From: a virus
Taxonomy: Duplodnaviria > Heunggongvirae > Uroviricota > Caudoviricetes
Length of the DNA: 36,620 nt
Strand: one strand, 5' to 3'
Virus record (IMG/VR): IMGVR_UViG_2675903417_000002
Span: 1-36,620 of that record
The first letter of the stretch is position 1. Every line of letters starts with the position of its first letter. Under the pieces are notes generated by a model. That model had not been told where the DNA came from, did not search any database, and saw nothing but the letters and a program-made list of their open reading frames with translations. This document shows, piece after piece, positions 29,239-36,620 of the stretch. The translations under genes were made by a program, and so were the position numbers.

Positions 29239-29732
29239 TAAGCCCCCACGTAATTCCCTGAGAGATACCACTCTTCACCTGATGCAGCCCGCTTACTGCT
29301 TTTCCGTAAACACCGTTCACGACGCGCCAGAAAATTGTTTCGTTCTGGCTGGGAGTGGCTTTCACGGAATGCCGCCATCCACACCGTTGCAGCACGACGG
29401 TATAAGCCCCTGGACTCCAGTTCTTCCGCCTGGCGGGTCAGGCACAAAATCACCCGCGGGTCGTTAGTGCCGACATAGAAATTGCGCACAGGTCTGGTTT
29501 CACGAACTGGTTGTAGTTCCGGATCCTGCGCTCTCTCAGTCAGGCGCGGGAAATGTCTGTGTGTATCTCCTTCACAACGGTGAGCCACACGCCCACTCTG
29601 ACGTAACTTGCTTGCTGACTGCAGAACGCGCTGCCGTGAGTAACCTGCAAAAGCATCCGCAATGTCTCCGGAAGTACAGCCCGGATGGGCTTCAATGAAT
29701 TTCTGAACGTCATTCAAAAGACTCATGCTCAC
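29238..29732 (-). CDS. Hypothetical protein, possible winged-helix N-terminus
   Basis: 164-aa ORF translationally coupled between the O-like gene and the methyltransferase. Confidence 0.4.
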   Translation of the reverse strand: MSMSLLNDVQKFIEAHPGCTSGDIADAFAGYSRQRVLQSASKLRQSGRVAHRCEGDTHRHFPRLTERAQDPELQPVRETRPVRNFYVGTNDPRVILCLTRQAEELESRGLYRRAATVWMAAFRESHSQPERNNFLARRERCLRKSSKRAASGEEWYLSGNYVGA

Positions 29733-30670
29733 CCCCTGAATCCTGCCGGGATCTGGCTGTAGTCCACATTGTCGTAACTGGCTTTGAAGTACGGGTCTTC
29801 GCGTTTTTCTGTGTACGTGCTGACGGACGGCGATAAGCGCAGGGAAAGCTCATCCCATTTTTCCCGCAGCTTCGACGGGCTGAGCACGTTACGGCACCAG
29901 AACGGATCGCGGCTGACGCGGCTGTACATCTCGCAGATTTGTTTGTGAGTACGACCATCCTGCACACACATCAGGCGAATTTCGTTTGCCCAGGCTGTCC
30001 AGTTCGGTTCTTTGGGACGAACCACCTCGCCGTCACATTCGGCAGCCTGCTCGTACAGGGCGATGATTTTTTTCCAGAGCCACTGTGCGCAGGTCAAATC
30101 ATCCTGCGTCCCCCACTGGCGCTTTTTAGGGCTGAATACAACCGCATCAGGATGGCGAGTTAAAAAATCCTGTTCAGCCGTCTGCGTGTCCGGTTGCGAA
30201 GCGTCCGGACGAGAAGGTTTTTTATCTGACGGATCATGTTTTGATTTTACTGACGGATCCCCGCCAGATTCTGACGGGTGAAAACCCGCTTTTTTGCCAG
30301 ATTTCGACGCATCAAATTTTGACGGGTCAGATTTTGATGCGTCAGATTTTGACGGGTCAGAATCTGACAGTTGAGAAAATGCCGCTGCCTGAAGCTTCGC
30401 AACGTTAAGCTGATAAACATTCGACGCATTGCGGTTACCCTGGCGACGCGCCTTACGCGTTAACCAGCCTTCTGCTTCCAGCCGTGCGATAGCCGTTCTG
30501 ACGGTACTCATCCCCGCGCCAATCTGACGGGCAATGGTTTCAATTGATGGCCAGCACACACCTTCGTCATTACTGAAATCAGCCAGGCGGGCCATAATTG
30601 CCACGCTGGATAACTTCATGCCTGATGCAGCGCAACCATCCCATACATAGCCGGTTAATTTAGTGCTCAT
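29729..30670 (-). CDS. Replication initiation protein (lambda O-like; N-terminal HTH, repeat linker, C-terminal domain)
   Basis: 313-aa ORF; N-terminal winged-helix typical of phage initiators; in-gene iteron array encoding DPSKS/DASKS repeats. Confidence 0.65.
   Translation of the reverse strand: MSTKLTGYVWDGCAASGMKLSSVAIMARLADFSNDEGVCWPSIETIARQIGAGMSTVRTAIARLEAEGWLTRKARRQGNRNASNVYQLNVAKLQAAAFSQLSDSDPSKSDASKSDPSKFDASKSGKKAGFHPSESGGDPSVKSKHDPSDKKPSRPDASQPDTQTAEQDFLTRHPDAVVFSPKKRQWGTQDDLTCAQWLWKKIIALYEQAAECDGEVVRPKEPNWTAWANEIRLMCVQDGRTHKQICEMYSRVSRDPFWCRNVLSPSKLREKWDELSLRLSPSVSTYTEKREDPYFKASYDNVDYSQIPAGFRG
30246..30373. repeat. Iteron array (about seven 15-bp direct repeats, consensus AGATTTTGACGGGTC) inside the replication gene: candidate origin
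   Basis: Tandem near-identical 15-mers read directly, in phase with the pentapeptide repeats of the initiator. Confidence 0.55.
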
Positions 30671-30679
30671 GACCGACCT

Positions 30680-31018
30680 CTATTTCCCTGAATTTACGAC
30701 GAAACTGTTCGAGCGGACTGAAGCATTCATGCTCATAACCTTCGCGGAGGTAGATAACCCGTTGTGTTTCCGGCTCCCAACGAATGACTCTGACGGGCAC
30801 TCCGTAGTGATCTTTGAACCAGCGGTTAACTTGTCGCAAAGGACTGTCTCCTTCTGCCGGTTGAAATCACCCACAGCCCACTCTGCAAAGCTGTGGGTGA
30901 CAATTTCCCTGTCACCTGGTACATTCACTGCATAGCAATACTCCACCTTCGCTTTTCCACCCGGTACAGGAAGCGCAATCAGTTGCGAGCGACGGTAGTG
31001 TGTTGTTAAACTGTTCAT
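30680..31018 (-). CDS. Hypothetical protein (112 aa)
   Basis: ATGA overlap with the upstream regulatory gene suggests coupling; an antisense ORF of similar length exists, so frame choice is uncertain. Confidence 0.35.
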   Translation of the reverse strand: MNSLTTHYRRSQLIALPVPGGKAKVEYCYAVNVPGDREIVTHSFAEWAVGDFNRQKETVLCDKLTAGSKITTECPSESFVGSRKHNGLSTSAKVMSMNASVRSNSFVVNSGK

Positions 31019-31578
31019 GCGTTAGTTTCTCCACAGTCACGACACGCCACGGCGCCCGGAGCTGCACACTCGCGGGCGTCATTACTTTCTGAAATGCAAA
31101 AGATTTTGTAGACCAGTGCTGCATGCTCCTGCAGCTTCGAAATTGAGAGATACAGCTCGTCGTTAATTGCTGTCTTCTCATGCGGTTCCACTACACCGTC
31201 TTCGATTGCTGAACGAATCTGTTTTGAATAACTGCCGATCTGTTCAATGACTTCCAGCAGACGCTGGTTAATATCGGCGTTGTCCACATCCTCGACGTCA
31301 GGAAGAGACACAAAGACGCCATTTGCAGACTGCGCCACAGCGTCAGCAATGAAGTGAGTTCCACCAGCACGTTGCAAAATCATTGCCCATCCCAGCGGGA
31401 AAATCTGATCGCCATCGGCACGAAGGCGGTTAAATAATGCGTTCTCTGTTACATCCAGCCAGTCAGCTGCTTCAGCGTAACCACCCGGCAACTTTGCGAT
31501 AGTTTTTCTGACAGCTTTCACGTACCACTCAGGCTGTTTTTCTATTTTCCAGTGATGCTTACCCACGATTAGCCTCAT
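31015..31578 (-). CDS. Early regulatory protein (CII-like / YdaT-like), uncertain
   Basis: 187-aa ORF in the cII position downstream of the cro-like gene; family assignment from memory only. Confidence 0.4.
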   Translation of the reverse strand: MRLIVGKHHWKIEKQPEWYVKAVRKTIAKLPGGYAEAADWLDVTENALFNRLRADGDQIFPLGWAMILQRAGGTHFIADAVAQSANGVFVSLPDVEDVDNADINQRLLEVIEQIGSYSKQIRSAIEDGVVEPHEKTAINDELYLSISKLQEHAALVYKIFCISESNDARECAAPGAVACRDCGETNA

Positions 31579-31609
31579 CGTTCTGTGGTTAAAAATTGAA
31601 AGTGTTCTG

Positions 31610-31810
31610 CTAATCTTTCGGATAGATATCCGGTCTTAAGTCAGATTTCGTAATTGCACCTGACGTGCATTGCTCAAGTTTTTTAGCCAGCACAAAACTG
31701 GCTTTTTTATAGCCATTGAAAACCAGCCGTAAGTAGCCAGGTGTTGAGCCAACTTTTCCGGCCAACTCGCCCTGCTGTTCTTTGGTTAAAGAGTCCCAAT
31801 ACGCTTTCAT
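31610..31810 (-). CDS. Cro-like HTH regulator
   Basis: Track ORF trimmed to internal ATG (31808-31810) with GGAGG RBS; the longer version overlaps the divergent repressor; HTH-like GSTPGYLRLVFNGYKK. Confidence 0.5.
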   Translation of the reverse strand: MKAYWDSLTKEQQGELAGKVGSTPGYLRLVFNGYKKASFVLAKKLEQCTSGAITKSDLRPDIYPKD

Positions 31811-31864
31811 ACAATATGTACCTCCGATGTACATATTACATGATTGAAATGAACCTTCAAGATA

Positions 31865-31885
31865 CTTGTACCTTAACGGTACAAG
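31865..31885. promoter_or_regulatory. Operator-like palindrome CTTGTACC-N5-GGTACAAG between the divergent repressor and cro-like genes
   Basis: Perfect 8-bp arms; TGTACC half-site recurs at 31813-31837 and downstream of the repressor gene. Confidence 0.45.
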
Positions 31886-31900
31886 GGTTTTAATTTCGTT

Positions 31901-32575
31901 ATGAAAACAATCCATGACATCCGGCGGTCTAACGCCAGAAAACTGAGAGATGGTGTTGGCGGGAATTCTTCCTTTGCCACTATGATTGATCGCGAGCCAA
32001 CCCAGACCAGCAGGTTTATGGGAGATGGTGCTACTAAAAATATCGGTGACAGCATGGCACGACACATCGAAAAATGTTTCGACCTGCCTGTCGGATGGCT
32101 CGATCAAGAACACCAGACAACGAACATCACAAAAAAACCTGATGTTTCAATCACTAATAAACAAATCACATTAGTCCCTGTCATATCATGGGTACAGGCC
32201 GGAGCATGGAAAGAAGTTGGATATTCTGAGGTTGATTTGAGCACAGCAGAAACGTATCCCTGCCCTGTACCCTGTGGGGAAATGACTTATATCTTGCGGG
32301 TGATAGGTGATTCAATGATTGATGAGTACCGCCCGGGAGACATGATTTTTGTCGATCCTGAAGTACCTGCCTGCCACGGTGACGACGTTATTGCATTGAT
32401 GCACGATACAGGTGAAACCACCTTCAAAAGGTTGATAGAAGATGGGACACAGCGTTATCTCAAAGCGTTAAACCCAAACTGGCCTGAGCCTTACATTAAG
32501 ATCAACGGTAATTGCTCTATAATTGGTACAGTGATTTTCTCAGGAAAACCAAGAAGATACAAAATCAAAGCCTAA
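31901..32575 (+). CDS. CI-like prophage repressor with C-terminal S24 (LexA-like) autopeptidase domain
   Basis: 224-aa ORF; C-terminal domain closely resembles P22 c2 / LexA S24 domain (VIGDSM, FKRL, KINGNC); N-terminal XRE-like HTH. Confidence 0.8.
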   Translation: MKTIHDIRRSNARKLRDGVGGNSSFATMIDREPTQTSRFMGDGATKNIGDSMARHIEKCFDLPVGWLDQEHQTTNITKKPDVSITNKQITLVPVISWVQAGAWKEVGYSEVDLSTAETYPCPVPCGEMTYILRVIGDSMIDEYRPGDMIFVDPEVPACHGDDVIALMHDTGETTFKRLIEDGTQRYLKALNPNWPEPYIKINGNCSIIGTVIFSGKPRRYKIKA

Positions 32576-32587
32576 TCAATGTTTATG

Positions 32588-32610
32588 AACCTGCTTCGGC
32601 AGGTTTTTTT
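32588..32610 (+). terminator. Rho-independent terminator after the repressor gene
   Basis: Stem aacctgc/gcaggtt, loop ttcg, followed by T7. Confidence 0.6.
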
Positions 32611-32614
32611 ATAC

Positions 32615-32642
32615 TTGACAATGTACCTTTGAGATACATAAT
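32615..32642 (+). promoter_or_regulatory. PL-like promoter (TTGACA - 16 bp - CATAAT) with two ATGTACC operator-like repeats
   Basis: Consensus -35 read directly; ATGTACC at 32621-32627 and 32641-32647. Confidence 0.4.
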
Positions 32643-32768
32643 GTACCCAAGCGAAACAACGAACAGGCAGGACGCCCACGAAGTAGCCGCCTGGGGCATA
32701 TGAAGTCCAGGATGATTCGTTGAGTCATGTTGTGCCACTAGGCACTCATGTTAAAGCAGGTGTATGAA

Positions 32769-33044
32769 ATGAAAGTCCAGATTTTAAACAATAGTGGTGA
32801 AGTCGTTTGGTCATACGACATAGCCGCCCATGTAGATCAGAGCGGCGATAGCTGGGCCAATGGGAAACATCAGATTATGGCTGGAGTTGTGTTCTCTTTA
32901 CGCCGTGGTTTGGAACAGGCTGAAGTATTTCCATCAGACCCTGAATGGAAATGGCCTTTTTCTATTTGTCCAAATTCGGAGAGCACATTTCAGAAAATTG
33001 GTCAGAAAGTCGCACTCGAAGAGCATCAGCCAACTGTTTCCTGA
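32769..33044 (+). CDS. Hypothetical protein (91 aa), first gene of the leftward-operon equivalent
   Basis: Track ORF trimmed to ATG 32769 with AGGTG RBS; not Arg-rich, so not an obvious N-like antiterminator. Confidence 0.4.
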   Translation: MKVQILNNSGEVVWSYDIAAHVDQSGDSWANGKHQIMAGVVFSLRRGLEQAEVFPSDPEWKWPFSICPNSESTFQKIGQKVALEEHQPTVS

Positions 33045-33057
33045 TTTTTTCAGGTAA

Positions 33058-33207
33058 CTAGTCGGCATCGCAGAAACAACAACGCTCGATCATGTTGAAA
33101 GCCGATTCGTAGAACTGTTTCTGCTGAGTGTCGCTGAGACAGGAAAAGAGCGACGTTACGATGATTTTATTAATTGCATTATCAAGTTCTTTTTCATCAA
33201 AAGTCAT
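33058..33207 (-). CDS. Small Cys-rich ORF (49 aa), speculative
   Basis: ATG 33205-33207 with AGGA RBS; C-terminus CCFCDAD; below the track cutoff. Confidence 0.25.
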   Translation of the reverse strand: MTFDEKELDNAINKIIVTSLFSCLSDTQQKQFYESAFNMIERCCFCDAD

Positions 33208-33459
33208 TTGATTTTCCTTTTATGTATACGGGCTTAAAAGGATACCACCGAGCCTGAAGTGGTGAAAAGACAGGCACATAACAGCTAAGTATTTTCAACC
33301 AGAGAGAATCCTTAGCGTTGTGGTGAATGCGGCTCAGCGCACGCGGGTTAAGGTTGAGGCTGACAGTCGACCTTCTGTGGATACCCACCCGTCTGGTGTG
33401 CAACCTTCGCCAGGCACCGGGAGGCACCCGGCACCACAACTTTATGCTGTGTGTAGTCC

Positions 33460-33600
33460 TGGCGGTACCAGTTTGTACCCTTGCTTCCGGCTGGTACCGT
33501 CCTTTTTACAAAACAGAGAAGAGCATCACCGGACGACGGGCTCATAACCCAATCCATCCGGGCGGCTGCCACCGCAGGTGTTCTTCTCTGTTTTGTGGAG
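33460..33600. other. Unexplained structured element: GGTACCAG/CTGGTACC inverted repeat plus a long inverted repeat (15-bp perfect arms about 55 nt apart)
   Basis: Arms ACAAAACAGAGAAGA (33508-33522) and TCTTCTCTGTTTTGT (33583-33597) read directly; lies in the untranslated leader of the yfdP-like gene. Confidence 0.3.
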
Positions 33601-33644
33601 AAACTAATCGGCCTTGCAGGGTCGATATGATGAGGAGCAGCAAA

Positions 33645-34007
33645 ATGGCTAGCGAACGCAGTACTGATGTGCAGGCATTTATCGGGGAGCTGGACGGCGG
33701 CGTATTTGAAACCAAAATCGGCGCAGTTCTCAGTGAAGTCGCTTCCGGTGTGATGAACACGAAAACCAAAGGTAAGGTCTCACTCAACCTGGAAATCGAA
33801 CCATTTGATGAGAACCGTGTGAAAATCAAACACAAACTCTCATATGTTCGCCCGACTAACCGCGGGAAAATTTCCGAAGAAGACACCACCGAAACGCCGA
33901 TGTATGTCAATCGCGGTGGTCGCCTGACTATTCTGCAGGAAGACCAGGGACAATTACTGACTCTTGCCGGTGAACCTGACGGAAAACTCCGCGCAGCAGG
34001 CCATTAA
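33645..34007 (+). CDS. YfdP-like hypothetical protein (120 aa)
   Basis: ATG 33645 with GAGGAG RBS; length matches CPS-53 yfdP as recalled; the longer track ORF 33327..34007 runs through the inverted-repeat region and is rejected. Confidence 0.45.
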   Translation: MASERSTDVQAFIGELDGGVFETKIGAVLSEVASGVMNTKTKGKVSLNLEIEPFDENRVKIKHKLSYVRPTNRGKISEEDTTETPMYVNRGGRLTILQEDQGQLLTLAGEPDGKLRAAGH

Positions 34008-34072
34008 TATCGTTATTAATTAACTGATTATTTATCTCATCACTGAATATCTTTATATAGTGAGGACTTATT

Positions 34073-34897
34073 ATGTCTCAGAACTTAGACGCAACCGCAA
34101 TTAATCAAATCCATGCCCTTATTTCTGCTCAGGGTGTTAATGAAATTATCAGTAAGATTGGTGCCGATGCTGTGGCATTGCCTGAGAATTTCCGCATTCA
34201 TGATCTGGAAAAATTTAATTTAAATCGCTTCCGTTTCCGTGGTGCGCTTTCCACTGCCAGCATCGATGACTTTACCCGTTATTCTAAAGATCTTGCAGAT
34301 GAAGGCACCCGCTGCTTTATCGATGCTGATAATATGCGTGCCGTCAGTGTGCTTAACCTGGGTACTATTGATGAACCAGGTCACGCAGATAACACCGCCA
34401 CTCTCAAACTGAAAAAGACAGCACCGTTCTCTGCTCTGTTGTCTGTTAATGGCGAGCGTAACTCCCAGAAATCACTGGCAGAATGGATTGAAGACTGGGC
34501 CGACTACCTTGTGGGCTTTGATGCTAATGGTGACGCCATTCAGGCAACCAAAGCGGCGGCAGCTATCCGTAAAATCACAATTGAAGCGAACCAGACCGCT
34601 GATTTTGAAGATAATGACTTCAGCGGCAAACGCTCCCTGATGGAGTCTGTCGAAGCGAAGACCAAAGACATTATGCCAGTGGCATTTGAATTTAAATGCG
34701 TTCCGTTTGAAGGCCTGAAAGAACGTTCATTTAAATTACGCCTCAGCATTATCACTGGCGATCGTCCTGTACTGGTTCTGCGCATTATTCAGCTGGAAGC
34801 GGTGCAGGAAGAAATGGCTAACGAATTTCGTGATCTGCTTGTTGAGAAATTCAAAGACAGCAAAGTAGAAACCTTTATTGGTACTTTCACCGCCTGA
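34073..34897 (+). CDS. yfdQ: YfdQ-like DUF2303 protein
   Basis: 274-aa ORF; length and gene order (before an HD-domain gene) match E. coli CPS-53 yfdQ as recalled; not verified by search. Confidence 0.5.
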   Translation: MSQNLDATAINQIHALISAQGVNEIISKIGADAVALPENFRIHDLEKFNLNRFRFRGALSTASIDDFTRYSKDLADEGTRCFIDADNMRAVSVLNLGTIDEPGHADNTATLKLKKTAPFSALLSVNGERNSQKSLAEWIEDWADYLVGFDANGDAIQATKAAAAIRKITIEANQTADFEDNDFSGKRSLMESVEAKTKDIMPVAFEFKCVPFEGLKERSFKLRLSIITGDRPVLVLRIIQLEAVQEEMANEFRDLLVEKFKDSKVETFIGTFTA

Positions 34898-35025
34898 TTT
34901 CATTACTGCAAATGCCCCTGCGGGGGCATTTATGGAAACGTAATTAACTCAATAATCGCCGGATGGTGAGGGCTTCCTTTTACCAGAATTCTGTGCGGTG
35001 CAGCGCAAATAACGTGGAGAACAAA

Positions 35026-35574
35026 ATGTCATTTATTAAAACTTTTTCTGGGAAGCATTTTTATTATGACAGGATAAATAAAGACGACATCGTTATTAAC
35101 GATATCGCGGTTTCCCTTTCAAATATCTGTCGCTTTGCAGGACATCTTTCACACTTCTACAGCGTCGCCCAACATGCGGTGCTTTGCAGCCAGCTGGTAC
35201 CGCAGGAATTTGCTTTTGAAGCGTTAATGCATGATGCAACAGAAGCTTATTGTCAGGACATCCCCGCGCCAATGAAACGCCTTCTTCCTGACTATAAACG
35301 GATGGAAGAAAAAATAGACGCCGTAATCCGTGAGAAATACGGGTTACCCCCGGTTATGAGCACGCCTGTGAAATATGCCGATCTCATCATGCTGGCAACC
35401 GAACGCCGCGATCTCGGGCTTGATGATGGCTCTTTCTGGTCTGTACTGGAAGGTATCCCGGCAACAGAGATGTTCAAAGTGATTCCACTGGCACCGGGCC
35501 ATGCCTACGGGATGTTTATGGAACGCTTTAAAGAGCTGCATAAGATACATAAACAATCCAGACAGCGAAATTAA
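35026..35574 (+). CDS. yfdR: HD-domain phosphohydrolase (YfdR-like 5'-deoxynucleotidase)
   Basis: HD motifs (SVAQHAVL ... LMHDATEAY); start set at ATG 35026 with GGAGAA RBS. Confidence 0.65.
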   Translation: MSFIKTFSGKHFYYDRINKDDIVINDIAVSLSNICRFAGHLSHFYSVAQHAVLCSQLVPQEFAFEALMHDATEAYCQDIPAPMKRLLPDYKRMEEKIDAVIREKYGLPPVMSTPVKYADLIMLATERRDLGLDDGSFWSVLEGIPATEMFKVIPLAPGHAYGMFMERFKELHKIHKQSRQRN

Positions 35575-35602
35575 CTAGTGAAATAGTTTTGTAGCAAAAG
35601 AA

Positions 35603-35863
35603 ATGAGGTTATCAAAAATGCTTCAAATGCTGACACTTGAGGAATGGGCTGCGGAAAAATTTAGGAGTAATCCTCCAAGTGTGTCCACATTGCGTCGTTA
35701 TGCTAAGCAGAATTTATTTTGTCCACCGGCAATGAAACAAGGTCGACTATGGCGAGTACGTGAGGACGCAGAGTTAGTTGGGGAATTAGTTACTCCTGTC
35801 ATCAAGAAAAATGATTCTATTATTCTACAAAGGATTTTAAGTAATGGCAGCCAGACCACGTAA
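35603..35863 (+). CDS. xis: Excisionase (lambda Xis-like)
   Basis: LTLEEWAAEKF...LRRYAKQNLFCPPAMKQGRLWRVRE resembles lambda Xis; overlaps the int start. Confidence 0.65.
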   Translation: MRLSKMLQMLTLEEWAAEKFRSNPPSVSTLRRYAKQNLFCPPAMKQGRLWRVREDAELVGELVTPVIKKNDSIILQRILSNGSQTT

Positions 35864-36500
35864 AAATAATGTTTCAGTCCCGAACTTGTATCCACTCTAT
35901 AGCAGAAAAGTAAATAAAGTTTATTGGCGATATAAGCATCCAGTGACCGGGAAGTTTCATTCTTTGGGCACAAACGAAGCTGAAGCCATTGCTATTGCCA
36001 CTGAGGCCAATACACGCCTGGCTGAGCAAAGAACCCGGCAGATTCTGGCTATCAGTGACAGAATCGCAACCAGCAAAGGAAAAGCAATCACAACGTCAAC
36101 CTGGTTAGATCGCTATCAAGCAATCCAGGATGACAGACTGAAAAGTGGCGATATAAAGCTCAATACCTATAAACAGAAAGCCAAACCAGTATCCTTGCTC
36201 AGGGAACGAGCAGGACTGAAGTTAATTTCAGCCGTTGATGTCAGGGATATAGCCCAGTTGCTTGACGAGTATATCGCCGTCGGACAGCCGAGAATGGCGC
36301 AAGTAGTTCGTTCCGTCCTGATTGATGTATTCAAGGAGGCGCAACACTACGGAGAAGTCCCCCCGGGCTATAACCCGGCATTAGCCACCAAACAGCCCAG
36401 AAGAAAAATTACCCGACAACGGTTAAGTCTTGAAGAATGGCAAAAAATCTTTGAAATCGCAGATGCCAGTCATCGTTATATGGGGAATGGGCTTTGTTGA
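35844..36500 (+). pseudogene. int: Tyrosine integrase, N-terminal ~218 aa only (catalytic domain missing)
   Basis: N-terminal and core-binding region align with lambda Int (PNLY..., WLDRY...), but all three frames hit stops between 36498 and 36519. Confidence 0.55.
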
Positions 36501-36545
36501 ATAAATCAGATTTCGGGTAAGTCTCCCCCGTAGCGGGTTGTGTTT

Positions 36546-36620
36546 TCAGGCAATACGCACGCTTTCAGGCATACCTGCTTTCGTCATTTTGTTCAGCGCT
36601 CGTACCAGGGCCATAGCCTC
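36546..36620 (-). CDS. 3' end of an unidentified minus-strand gene entering from beyond the window
   Basis: Open frame from the window edge ending ...KMTKAGMPESVRIA then TGA at 36546-36548; only 24 codons visible. Confidence 0.25.
   Translation of the reverse strand, partial: EAMALVRALNKMTKAGMPESVRIA

Noticed and set aside
30247-30429. Minus-strand ORF translating as QNLTRQNLTHQNLTRQNL repeats
   Set aside because: It is an alternative-frame reading of the iteron array inside the replication gene, not an independent repeat protein.
30663-30935. Plus-strand 90-aa ORF antisense to the 112-aa minus-strand ORF
   Set aside because: The minus-strand ORF is translationally coupled (ATGA overlap) to the upstream regulatory gene and fits the operon direction; the frame choice remains uncertain.
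31610-32113. Full-length 167-aa minus-strand ORF in the immunity region
   Set aside because: Its 5' two-thirds overlap the CI-like repressor on the opposite strand; only the 3' 66 codons, starting at an ATG with a GGAGG RBS, were kept as the cro-like gene.
33327-34007. 226-aa plus-strand ORF with long N-terminal extension
   Set aside because: The N-terminal 106 codons run through the inverted-repeat region and give a Cys/Arg-rich implausible peptide; a GAGGAG RBS and ATG at 33645 give a 120-aa product instead.
1-36620. Search for tRNA, rRNA or CRISPR features
   Set aside because: No T-arm-like GGTTCGAATCC-type motifs with cloverleaf context and no spaced short direct repeats were seen; the only tandem repeats are the iterons. 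A tRNAscan or CRISPR-finder run would be needed to exclude them fully.

Overview
The window is almost entirely one mosaic temperate prophage of an enterobacterial (E. coli-like) host, with most genes on the minus strand. All calls are from reading the sequence and the ORF translations by eye; no searches were run. Right to left it holds a truncated lambda-type integrase and excisionase, a yfdP/yfdQ/yfdR-like accessory cluster, a lambdoid immunity and replication region (S24 CI-like repressor, cro-like gene, O-like initiator with in-gene iterons, Dam-family methyltransferase, LexA-DNA-binding-domain-only protein, RusA, KilA-N antirepressor, DUF968, Q), a lambda-type lysis cassette, HNH/TerS/TerL with HK97-type portal, protease and capsid, and a Mu-like contractile tail ending in a Gin/Pin-type invertible tail-fibre segment. 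The most interesting candidates for an undescribed system are AT-rich cargo genes: a 261-aa protein with an Rx4H (HEPN-like) motif in the Q-to-holin moron slot, a GmrSD-like DUF262/DUF1524 gene at the left end that replaces most of the invertase gene, and a 176-aa exported protein inside the tail operon. No tRNA, rRNA or CRISPR array was seen.
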